A program made the translations under genes and the position numbers. Below the pieces are notes generated by a model, which saw only the letters and a program-made list of their open reading frames with translations, did no database searches and was not told the origin of the DNA. A stretch of 64,000 nucleotides of DNA from an uncultured archaeon (GTDB lineage: Archaea > Asgardarchaeota > Thorarchaeia > Thorarchaeales > Thorarchaeaceae), in assembly GCA_964558645.1 (NCBI GenBank), contig CAZLEV010000006.1, positions 32,001 to 96,000 on the forward strand, in the 5' to 3' direction. Of the stretch, positions 20,359-28,634 are shown in pieces (the stretch's first letter is position 1; each line of letters begins with the position of its first letter).

Positions 20359-20602
20359 AGCGGCCCTTAGACAGATTAGTCTTAGCAGGATATGTATTTT
20401 GAGAAGGGTAAGATTCCGATTCGGTACAACGCCGATAAGTTCCGCAACATAGAACTCCCAGTGGTGGCCATGCTGTCCTATAGATGTGCGACACTCTGAC
20501 ATCCAGGAGGGGCCATCCCATATCTAACCATAGTCACAACATATCTCCTAGAATCGGTGATTGTTCTCATCCCTTCAAACAGCAGGCATGAGAAGAAACA
20601 AG

Positions 20603-21124
20603 CTAGAGCCAGTGGGATATTTGAAAGAAGACAATGACCGGTGCGAGCAGCAGCGCTCTCACCATCAGTGACTGTCCTCTGTTCTTCAGCTCTCTGGAGG
20701 AGGGCGTAAAATAAAGAATAGCGCCCCCCAGTATTGCCACGGCAACCATGATTTGTGCCAGAAACAGTAGCAGGGCCACCAGATCTGTATCACTCATGCC
20801 GAGTAGTGATAACCACGCCTGGGTAGCTGTTTCCAGCGTGATACCGCTGATACCAGCAATTCCGGCAAATAGGGTAACAAGATAGGGGCCAATGAAGTAG
20901 AGGGCAACTCCGACTACAATCAATATCTTTGCCAGTGAATCACTCAGGGAGGAAACGAACACTATGAGCCCTGCAAGAATCAGAATGAAATACCCTCTGA
21001 TGGATAGTGCGTAAAGAACGTTGAATGCAAAAGCAACGATATCAAGCCAAGACTGGAGCTGTTCATCTGGAAACGGCATCTGCATCAGCGATGCCCAGAG
21101 TAAGACATCGTCCATTACATCCAC
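20603..21124 (-). CDS. Four-TM membrane protein, apparent tandem CedA1/VirB2(TrbC)-like pilin
   Basis: Two hairpin halves; the second reads AILGGAILYFTPSSRELKNRGQSLMVRALL. Confidence 0.5.
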   Translation of the reverse strand: MDVMDDVLLWASLMQMPFPDEQLQSWLDIVAFAFNVLYALSIRGYFILILAGLIVFVSSLSDSLAKILIVVGVALYFIGPYLVTLFAGIAGISGITLETATQAWLSLLGMSDTDLVALLLFLAQIMVAVAILGGAILYFTPSSRELKNRGQSLMVRALLLAPVIVFFQISHWL

Positions 21125-21158
21125 GAAATTAAGTGACTATAGAGGAATATAACCACCG

Positions 21159-21710
21159 CTACTCAAGTTCCTCCATTAGAAGCTGAAAGTCCTTCTCAAT
21201 CTGTGACCTTATCTTCGGAAATCTGAGAGCTGCTGCAGGATGATATGTTATGAAGTAGGTATAACCATCTGCCTCATAGAAGCTACCGTGAGCATCAGAG
21301 ATCTTCCAAGGCCCTATCAGAGACGAGGTTGCTACACCTCCAAGTAATACAATGATATCAGGTTGAATTATCTCGATCTGTCTATCAAGGTACGGAATAC
21401 ATGCCTCGATTTCGTCCTTCCGGGGCGTTCTGTTCTTTGGAGGTCTAGACTTTAGAATAGATGTGATAAACACCTTCTCCCGAGGAAGTCCAATCTTGTT
21501 CAGTAAATCAGTGAGCAACTTACCAGAAGAACCGACGAAGGGACGGCCAGTCTCGTCCTCTCTCTTCCCTGGTGCCTCCCCCACAAGCATGACTTGAGCG
21601 TCTATAGGACCCTCTCCCGGGACTGCGTTATTTCGTGTCTTATGTAAGTCACACTTTGTGCAGTTCCTGATCTCTCTGTGTAGAATTTCAAGTGACTCCA
21701 GCCTGCTCAT
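21159..21710 (-). CDS. udg: Family-4 uracil-DNA glycosylase
   Basis: CTKC.L, GEAPG, GRPFVG, RPPKNR.P, TYHPAA motifs. Confidence 0.95.
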   Translation of the reverse strand: MSRLESLEILHREIRNCTKCDLHKTRNNAVPGEGPIDAQVMLVGEAPGKREDETGRPFVGSSGKLLTDLLNKIGLPREKVFITSILKSRPPKNRTPRKDEIEACIPYLDRQIEIIQPDIIVLLGGVATSSLIGPWKISDAHGSFYEADGYTYFITYHPAAALRFPKIRSQIEKDFQLLMEELE

Positions 21711-21828
21711 TATAGACCACATTGAGATAGGCTTTACGATTAAAAAGGACAACCAAACCGATACCAGCACGATTAGAGCTGAAGGGCCTGCTTACACTTG
21801 TACGAAATAGACCTTAAAAGCAGAATCA

Positions 21829-23508
21829 ATGAGTTCTCAGGTAGTAGTTCTAGGAGTTGCAGAAGACATGCGTATGCTACGAACCACTTCGGAAACCTTT
21901 CCGGCCGAGAAAGAAATGATGAGTGATATCCCATATGTACTTCGAGTGGAGTTTGGGGCCCTTGAAGAAGAGGCAGAGAGAATCATCGGCAGGCCGATAG
22001 TGTGTTACAAGTGTGGTGGTTTTCTCCTCAGTGTGGATCAGATAATTGAGGAGGACAAGGTCGGCAGGCATTTCATCTGTTCCTTTTGTGGAACACTAAA
22101 TGTTATTGAGGGGAAGATAATCACTGCAGGGGATAATACCGACTTCGTTGTCGAGCCCCCTCGTGAGGTCGCAGAATCTCAGAAAGAACCAGTAAAGCAA
22201 TTTGGAGGGAGCTTTCTCGCACTCATAGACGTTTCAGGTTCTATGGCAGGCGCCAACCTCGCTGCTGTCAAGAGGAGTCTCAGGACATCAGTTGAGAGCC
22301 TAGCTAAAAACGCGCCAAACACCATGTTCGGCCTGATTGAATTCGAGAGTGGAGTCTTATTCAGAGACCTCCATTCGGGTGGAAAAATAGCCCTCCCGCG
22401 TAACTCCTATGCCAGTTTTCACGAGATACAGAAAGAAACCAAGAAGCTGATGGACCAGATTAGATTTCTGAGTGTTGGCGAGAATTCAGACAAGATCAAG
22501 AAGCATCTCAATGCATTGCGTGATCAAGGAGGAACGGCTCTCGGCCCCGCTGTTGCCATGGGATATACTATTGCAAAACACCGAGATGTGGGTCGTGTTG
22601 TGCTGTTAACCGATGGGCTAGCCAATGAGGGCATAGGGGCGCTGGAAGGCTACCAAGTCACTCCCGCAGCCAACTTCTACGAAGAAGTAGGGCTTCAGTT
22701 CATGGAAAACGGTACTGCAGTCGATGTTGTAGGCATTGCGTCGGGCGCCGGGATGGAGCTCAAGACATTGGGCCTTCTTGCAGAGGCTACAGGCGGGCAG
22801 ATGTACTATGTTACACCTAACGAGCTTGACCAGAGTATAGCGGAGTTGGCAGGCAGTTCTCTCCTTGGTCGGGATGTGGAAGTGCGACTGATTACACCCA
22901 CCGGTGTCAAAGTGAAAGATGCATCAGGGGTTTCGCGCGCGATTATTGAAGAACTGAGAACCAAAGGCGAGAGCAAAATCGGAGCAGTTGGGGAGAATCA
23001 CGAACTCTATTTCGAGATTGAACCCGAAAGTAGAATTGAGGCGGAAGATGTGCCCATTCAGGTTCAGGTGACCTATACCGATGCAGAGGGGGCCCGAAGA
23101 GTTCGGGCAGTGACAACCATACTTAAGGTTGCAAGGGATAACAAGGAATTGCTGGAAACCCTTGACCCCACCATAGGTGCAACGTTTGTGACTCAAAAAG
23201 CAGGAGAAGAGTCTTTCAGAGGGAATCGAGAGGGGGGGAAGAAACGTATTGCGTCTTTCAGAGCAGCAATGAATAAACAGGCCAAGTCAGCGCCAGGGCC
23301 AATTCAGAATCGGATGAATGAGATAGACAATGTCTTGGCTGAGGAAGAGGGTGAAATGGAGCGTTTGGATGATATGATGAAAGCTGCACCCGCTTCGGCG
23401 CCATCTACAGCAGCCGATCAGGCATACACCTCAGGACTTCAGCAGATGCGTCGTAGTTCGAAGCAGATGTTCGGCAAGAATAAGGCCGACGAAGAGGAAG
23501 AGGAGTAG
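21829..23508 (+). CDS. Sec23/Sec24-type zinc finger + VWA (trunk) + beta-sandwich + helical protein (CPRas-VWA-like)
   Basis: CYKC...FICSFCGTLN zinc finger; MIDAS DVSGS, GGTALGPA, LTDGLAN.G.G, AEATGG; QVQVTYTDAEGARRVRAVT. Confidence 0.8.
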   Translation: MSSQVVVLGVAEDMRMLRTTSETFPAEKEMMSDIPYVLRVEFGALEEEAERIIGRPIVCYKCGGFLLSVDQIIEEDKVGRHFICSFCGTLNVIEGKIITAGDNTDFVVEPPREVAESQKEPVKQFGGSFLALIDVSGSMAGANLAAVKRSLRTSVESLAKNAPNTMFGLIEFESGVLFRDLHSGGKIALPRNSYASFHEIQKETKKLMDQIRFLSVGENSDKIKKHLNALRDQGGTALGPAVAMGYTIAKHRDVGRVVLLTDGLANEGIGALEGYQVTPAANFYEEVGLQFMENGTAVDVVGIASGAGMELKTLGLLAEATGGQMYYVTPNELDQSIAELAGSSLLGRDVEVRLITPTGVKVKDASGVSRAIIEELRTKGESKIGAVGENHELYFEIEPESRIEAEDVPIQVQVTYTDAEGARRVRAVTTILKVARDNKELLETLDPTIGATFVTQKAGEESFRGNREGGKKRIASFRAAMNKQAKSAPGPIQNRMNEIDNVLAEEEGEMERLDDMMKAAPASAPSTAADQAYTSGLQQMRRSSKQMFGKNKADEEEEE

Positions 23509-23677
23509 CACTAAACAGACGGCCGTTTGTTCATCTTTCGCCTGTCTGTGGGAGAAACATGATTCCCACAGAATGCGCAAAAGAGATATGCATGAGGGGA
23601 CACACTGCCACAACTCTCAAATACCCAAGAGCGACCTAGAAACTGCTGACGCACTATCTAACAGTGGGGATTCACGG

Positions 23678-23968
23678 TTGATTAGCCAAGAGCGACTTGA
23701 TGCAATTCTAGCAGATCTTACAGCCCAGGAGGGCGTTAGAGGAGTCGTAGTCACAACCATGGAAGGTCTACCATTGAGCAGTGATCTTCCACCTGAAACC
23801 ACTGAAGCCGTCGCTGCAATACTGACCTCTCTGGTAGGTAAGGCACTTGATGCAGTTCGAGAGCTTAAGGAGGGGTCTTTGTCGTTCCTGACCCTCGATA
23901 CAACCGAGGGACAGATAAACATCGCACCGGATGTTAAGGAGGGCCTCATATTAGTAGTCCTCAAATAG
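23678..23968 (+). CDS. Roadblock/LC7 protein, DYNLRB-like (96 aa, no terminal helix)
   Basis: TTG start at 23678; GVRGVVV...EGLP..S, KA...VR, L.FL, I.APD. Confidence 0.85.
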   Translation: MISQERLDAILADLTAQEGVRGVVVTTMEGLPLSSDLPPETTEAVAAILTSLVGKALDAVRELKEGSLSFLTLDTTEGQINIAPDVKEGLILVVLK

Positions 23969-23993
23969 GAAGGTATCCAAGAGGTACACCATC

Positions 23994-24461
23994 ATGAGCG
24001 ATCCGAAAGCCTTTGACAAGATACTCACGGAGATTATTCGGCAAGATAAGGGAATCAAGAAAGTGATTCTTGTCGATAAGACTGGGCTGACAATAGCCAA
24101 TGTGAGCAAGTTGAGTTACTACCCTGTGGATGTGGACAGTATCGGTGCAATTGCGAGTGCCGTGTTTTGTGCTAGTGAAGAACAGGGTAAGAACCTGCAA
24201 ATAGGAGAGCTTGAGATTGTGACATCCGAGTTCTCGGAGGGGAAGATTTTCGCCTCGGCCTGTGGTAAGGGAGTTCTCTGTGTGGTATCAGAGGCAGAGG
24301 TCAATATCGGCCTCATTCGTCTGGTAATGAAGAAACAGGGTAAGCAACTGGCAGACGAACTGGACAAGTTCCTCGCAGTGGAACCAATGGCACCCAGCAA
24401 GGATCGCGAGCTTGACGAGGAAGACCTCAAGTCCGCCTTGGCCGAACTCGAGAGAGTTTAG
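23994..24461 (+). CDS. Roadblock protein, LAMTOR2/MglB-like, with acidic C-terminal helix
   Basis: PKA, ILVD..G..IA, GAIAS, EGK, VLC, VNIGLIRL; tail ELDEEDLKSALAELERV. Confidence 0.85.
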   Translation: MSDPKAFDKILTEIIRQDKGIKKVILVDKTGLTIANVSKLSYYPVDVDSIGAIASAVFCASEEQGKNLQIGELEIVTSEFSEGKIFASACGKGVLCVVSEAEVNIGLIRLVMKKQGKQLADELDKFLAVEPMAPSKDRELDEEDLKSALAELERV

Positions 24462-24751
24462 GTTCACATGTTCATGTCCGTGATCACTGGTACTCCCTTG
24501 ATATGTGGACCCCCAGTTCCAAAACCGGGAAAGGTCTTCCAAGCAGGGGTTGATTTCTTGGCGGGCCACACGACGGACAAAGGCTTTTATGAGACTAAAC
24601 TTCTATCACCTTCAACCTCCCGAGGCTAGGCCCGAAACTCGTGAGGATACTCTGACCTTTGTGGGTCGCCCCTGATGCAATTGCATCCGGCAAGTTGGAT
24701 CCTCTGGGTCTCATCGAACACGGGTAAGCAGTGAATCTACGAGGTGTTCCA

Positions 24752-25315
24752 GTGAGAAAGGACGACAAAGGGCGAATACATCTGAAGCTGGTATTCTATG
24801 GTCCAAGCTTAGGTGGAAAGACGACCGCTCTTCGCTGGCTTTATGGAAAAGTGGAAGGTTTACAGAAAGGAGAGTTCACTGCGATCGAGGATGAAACAAA
24901 CCGAACTCTGTTCTTCGACTATGTGCCAATGAGTGCAGGAGGGCGGGTCTTATTCGACGTTTTCACTGTTGCTGGTCAGAAACGGCACAGGCATCAACGA
25001 AAGGTGGTTTTACAGGGTACCGACGGAATTCTGTTTGTTGCAGACTCTTCACCCGATCAACGTGATGAGAATACGGAGAGTTTCGAAGAACTCAAGCTCT
25101 TTCTAGGGGATGCCTTGGGCCGGGAGATTCCCATTGTTGTGATGTTGAACAAACGAGACCTTCCCAACCGCATGTCGCGTGATGAGATGCTCGATCTACT
25201 GGGTCTGGGAGGCAATGTGCCCATTTATGAAACGATTGCTATCCAAGGCGTAGGAGTTAAGAGAGCATTTCAGGCTATAGCACGAGAAGTAATCCTCAAA
25301 AGGATGTACAAGTAG
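24752..25315 (+). CDS. mglA: MglA-family small GTPase
   Basis: G1 YGPSLGGKTT, RTLFFD, G3 TVAGQ, DGILFVADS, G4 NKRD; GAGGTG RBS before GTG 24752. Confidence 0.9.
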   Translation: MRKDDKGRIHLKLVFYGPSLGGKTTALRWLYGKVEGLQKGEFTAIEDETNRTLFFDYVPMSAGGRVLFDVFTVAGQKRHRHQRKVVLQGTDGILFVADSSPDQRDENTESFEELKLFLGDALGREIPIVVMLNKRDLPNRMSRDEMLDLLGLGGNVPIYETIAIQGVGVKRAFQAIAREVILKRMYK

Positions 25316-25331
25316 AGCCAGGTGAACTGAT

Positions 25332-25703
25332 ATGAGTGAATCCCGTGGAGAAACCCTCGAAGGTGTTCTAAATGAGCTACAGGGTAGTATCCCTGAGATT
25401 GAGGCCTGTGCCATTGTTAGTGTAGAGGGGTTGCCAATCGTGTCAGCCCTGCCCGCAGATGTTGATGAGGCAAAATTAGCTGCGATAACGGCTGCGATGC
25501 TAACTCTTGGTGAGAAGGCTGCAGTTGAACTAGGAAAGGGTGAGCTCGAACAGGTCAATGTAAAGGGCAGGGAAGGGTGGGTTCTTGTCATTCAGGCGGG
25601 TATGAACGCCTGTCTTACAGTTTCAACAACAGGCACCGCCAAACTTGGTCTTGTATTTCTTGATATGAAACGAGCAGCAGAGAAAGTCGCGATGATGATA
25701 TAG
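25332..25703 (+). CDS. Roadblock/LC7 (MglB-type) protein
   Basis: AIVS.EGL.I.S.LP..VDE...AA..AAML.LGE....EL..G.LEQV.VKG..G...KLGLVFLDM. Confidence 0.92.
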   Translation: MSESRGETLEGVLNELQGSIPEIEACAIVSVEGLPIVSALPADVDEAKLAAITAAMLTLGEKAAVELGKGELEQVNVKGREGWVLVIQAGMNACLTVSTTGTAKLGLVFLDMKRAAEKVAMMI

Positions 25704-25767
25704 GACCGGATTTCTTCTATCACCAACTCTTTTAGGGTACCAGGGATTTTCTTGTGTACACGAGAGA

Positions 25768-26547
25768 GTGTGTTGCTCAGTGAATATCACAGGCCCCATG
25801 TACCGACTCTATGAGTATGTACTGAACAGACAGCTCAGTCGAGATAGAGCTCCAAAACATGTAGGAATAATACTGGATGGAAACAGACGATATGCTCGAG
25901 AACATGGCCATGATGTCCCATGGTTTGGACACCGCAAGGGTGCTCAAAAAGTCATGGACGTTCTCCGAATCTTGTGGGAAGCGGGCGTTAAAATCTGCAC
26001 ACTCTATGCCTTCTCTGTTGAGAACTTCCAGAGAAACAAACATGAGGTTTCTGAAATAATGGAGATTGCCAAGGAGAAATTTGCAGAGGTTGTAGATAAT
26101 CCAGACATTCACCGCCACAGAGTACAGATAAGGGCCATTGGCCGTGTGGATCTCCTACCAGCTGACGTGCAGCGGGCAATAGCTGCTGCCGAAGGAGAAA
26201 CCGCGGACTATGAGGAACATATTCTGAACGTTGCGATAGGCTATTCGGGTAGGGCTGAAGTAGTCGATGCAGTTCAAGCAATTGGAGCGAAGATTCAAGA
26301 TGGAGATCTTGCGCCATCAGAAGTGAACGAACATATTATCGAACAGCACCTCTACACATATGGCGTCCCAGACCCTGATTTGATAATCCGGACTTCAGGC
26401 GAAGAACGTCTCTCAGGGTTTCTACTCTGGCAGTCCGCCTATTCCGAGCTGTACTTTGCTCAAGTCTATTGGCCGGCGGTTCGAAGGATTGACATCTGGC
26501 GAGCTCTACGATCATATGAGCGAAGATCGAGAAGGTACGGAAAATAG
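25768..26547 (+). CDS. uppS: cis-prenyltransferase (polyprenyl diphosphate synthase)
   Basis: HVGIILDGNRR, YAFS.ENF.R, PDLIIRTSGE.RLS.FL.WQ motifs. Confidence 0.96.
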   Translation: MCCSVNITGPMYRLYEYVLNRQLSRDRAPKHVGIILDGNRRYAREHGHDVPWFGHRKGAQKVMDVLRILWEAGVKICTLYAFSVENFQRNKHEVSEIMEIAKEKFAEVVDNPDIHRHRVQIRAIGRVDLLPADVQRAIAAAEGETADYEEHILNVAIGYSGRAEVVDAVQAIGAKIQDGDLAPSEVNEHIIEQHLYTYGVPDPDLIIRTSGEERLSGFLLWQSAYSELYFAQVYWPAVRRIDIWRALRSYERRSRRYGK

Positions 26548-26632
26548 GGAGTTGCATTGTCTTTCCGTTCTGGTTACACAGCGGTTTATATGTCCCATCT
26601 AATGAGGTTCTACCAGTCAGTCACTATGCGGC

Positions 26633-27868
26633 ATGATGCTTCCCGCACTTCAAGGAGAAGAAGTGGAATTGACACGAAACCCACTTGAAACATATCAAGG
26701 ACTTATCACGAGTACTCTGACCGACGAGATCCAATCATATATCTTAAAGGTCGTTGAGAGATATTCGGATGCCACCTTTGCTGATGAGAAGTTCTCCGTT
26801 CACTTGGGGCGTTTCGTGGAGCTTGTCTGTCGACTTATTTCGAACCTGAACAACCGGAAGGAGGCGACTCTGACTGATCTTATGCAAGCTGTTGACATTC
26901 TAGATTATTTTGCATCCACAACTCGATGGTGGAATATGACACGTTCATCGCCCGGGATAATTCTCCGGCCTGCAACACGAGAGCCACGTGAATTCATAAA
27001 GTCGGTTCCATCGGTGCGGCTAGGTAGTGAAACCATCAGCAGGATACAAGGTGCGTCAGACCGTCTTTCGTCATTTCTGAATGAGCACGAGATTGCCGGT
27101 TCGGATACCAGAGATCATCTACAACGTTCTATGGTGTCAGCATGGACCATCCTCAGTGCATTCTGCTGCAAGAGTCAAGGGCGCAATGTGTCTTCCGAAG
27201 TAGATTTCGAAACCGCATACGACATCCTCAGGATACTCCTCTTCCACACACCCCGCGTTGATTTTGTTGCACTAAGCGCGATTAGGAATATCGCCACCAG
27301 TTCTCGACTTCCGAAGATTGCTGACGTTGCCTTTTCACCCGGCTTTGAGAAGAAACTCGATTCATCGATAGCTGCGAAGCTGGAGGCAGCCCATGGTGAA
27401 TACCTCGGGGATGCAGGCGATACAGTCCCCAGAGTATCTCGTGCCATCTTGACAAACTCAATCAGATTGCTTGCACAGATTGAGAGTGTGAATATAGGTA
27501 TCAATAGAATAGAAGAGGACGACTATGATAGAGTGACCATGGGGGCCCTCAGCCTACTGGAGAAGGTCCGCATTGACCCGGAGATATTTCACGATGAAAA
27601 CGTTGTGGTTGGACTTTTCAAGAGGCTTACACCTGCAGAAGAGGACATTGGCGAGGGGCTGGCACTACTCACACGAAAACTGGAGAGTCTGATTGTTGAC
27701 TCCACAGGCAATCGCAATTTCCTGCTCCAACACGCAAGAGTGGTACCTCGACTAATTGCTTTGCTTCTTTTGATCTCGAGCGGCACCAAGTCACCCGAGG
27801 ATGATGGACTAAGAGATATCGATTTGAAGAGAGGTTTGATTCTGTTAGAGAACCTGATCAGTGATTAG
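26633..27868 (+). CDS. Hypothetical all-helical protein with four internal AAA-lid/histone-fold-like repeats
   Basis: Long ORF with an upstream TATA-like TTTATA; repeated long helix-loop-(x)D-helix motif. Confidence 0.7.
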   Translation: MMLPALQGEEVELTRNPLETYQGLITSTLTDEIQSYILKVVERYSDATFADEKFSVHLGRFVELVCRLISNLNNRKEATLTDLMQAVDILDYFASTTRWWNMTRSSPGIILRPATREPREFIKSVPSVRLGSETISRIQGASDRLSSFLNEHEIAGSDTRDHLQRSMVSAWTILSAFCCKSQGRNVSSEVDFETAYDILRILLFHTPRVDFVALSAIRNIATSSRLPKIADVAFSPGFEKKLDSSIAAKLEAAHGEYLGDAGDTVPRVSRAILTNSIRLLAQIESVNIGINRIEEDDYDRVTMGALSLLEKVRIDPEIFHDENVVVGLFKRLTPAEEDIGEGLALLTRKLESLIVDSTGNRNFLLQHARVVPRLIALLLLISSGTKSPEDDGLRDIDLKRGLILLENLISD

Positions 27869-28589
27869 CATGATCATCAATGAGAATCCTTGCATCAATG
27901 ACGAGAGCACCTTCACCTTCTTCATAGACAAATGTGGGATTACAGTCGAGTTCCGTAATCTCAGGATTCTCATCCACCATTTTAGAAACTGATAAGATGA
28001 CATCAATGAGCGCATCTATATCTCTGGGTTTCTGCCCTCTCACACCTTCGAGAATCTTCGACGCTTTGATCTCCTGCACCATCTCCCTTGCATCTGTTTC
28101 GCTAAGCGGGATAAGTCGAAAAGTCACATCCTTTAGGACTTCCACAAAAATGCCGCCGAGGCCGAACATAAGGGCGTGTCCAAACTGCGGATCTTCCGTG
28201 ACACCTACGATCACCTCAGTTCCCATATCTGCAAATTGTGAGATGAAAACACCACGACTGAGATCAACAGTCAGATTGTTTCTCCGACCGTACTCCCTTG
28301 CGTTTTTCATTATTTCATCGAATGCTTCGGTGACTTCTTCATCGCTTTTCAGGTTGGTTTTCACCCCGCCGGCATCAGACTTGTGAAGAATGTCCTTGGA
28401 GAGAATCTTCAGCACAACTGGATATCCGATCTTATTCGCTTTTTCCACTGCCTCATCAGCAGTAGCCGCAGTATCGTATTCTGGAATCGGAATTCCATAG
28501 GTACTCATGATATCCTTTGCCTCGTGCTCAAGGACGAAAGACCGTCCTTCCTTCCTTGCCTCTTCGAATATTCTCTTTGCAACTTTCAT
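27858..28589 (-). CDS. acdB: ADP-forming acyl/acetyl-CoA synthetase beta subunit
   Basis: ATP-grasp motifs GYPVVLKI.S..I.HKSD.GGV, DPQFG, GLGGIFVE, LD.NP. Confidence 0.93.
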   Translation of the reverse strand: MKVAKRIFEEARKEGRSFVLEHEAKDIMSTYGIPIPEYDTAATADEAVEKANKIGYPVVLKILSKDILHKSDAGGVKTNLKSDEEVTEAFDEIMKNAREYGRRNNLTVDLSRGVFISQFADMGTEVIVGVTEDPQFGHALMFGLGGIFVEVLKDVTFRLIPLSETDAREMVQEIKASKILEGVRGQKPRDIDALIDVILSVSKMVDENPEITELDCNPTFVYEEGEGALVIDARILIDDHANH

Positions 28590-28634
28590 GACAATTCCAG
28601 ACCTCTCTCTGTCGTTCTCAAGAGCCTCTGCTAT

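Noticed and set aside
20227-20602. Short ORFs in the gap after DUF2095
   Set aside because: No RBS, motif or compositional support in any frame I read.
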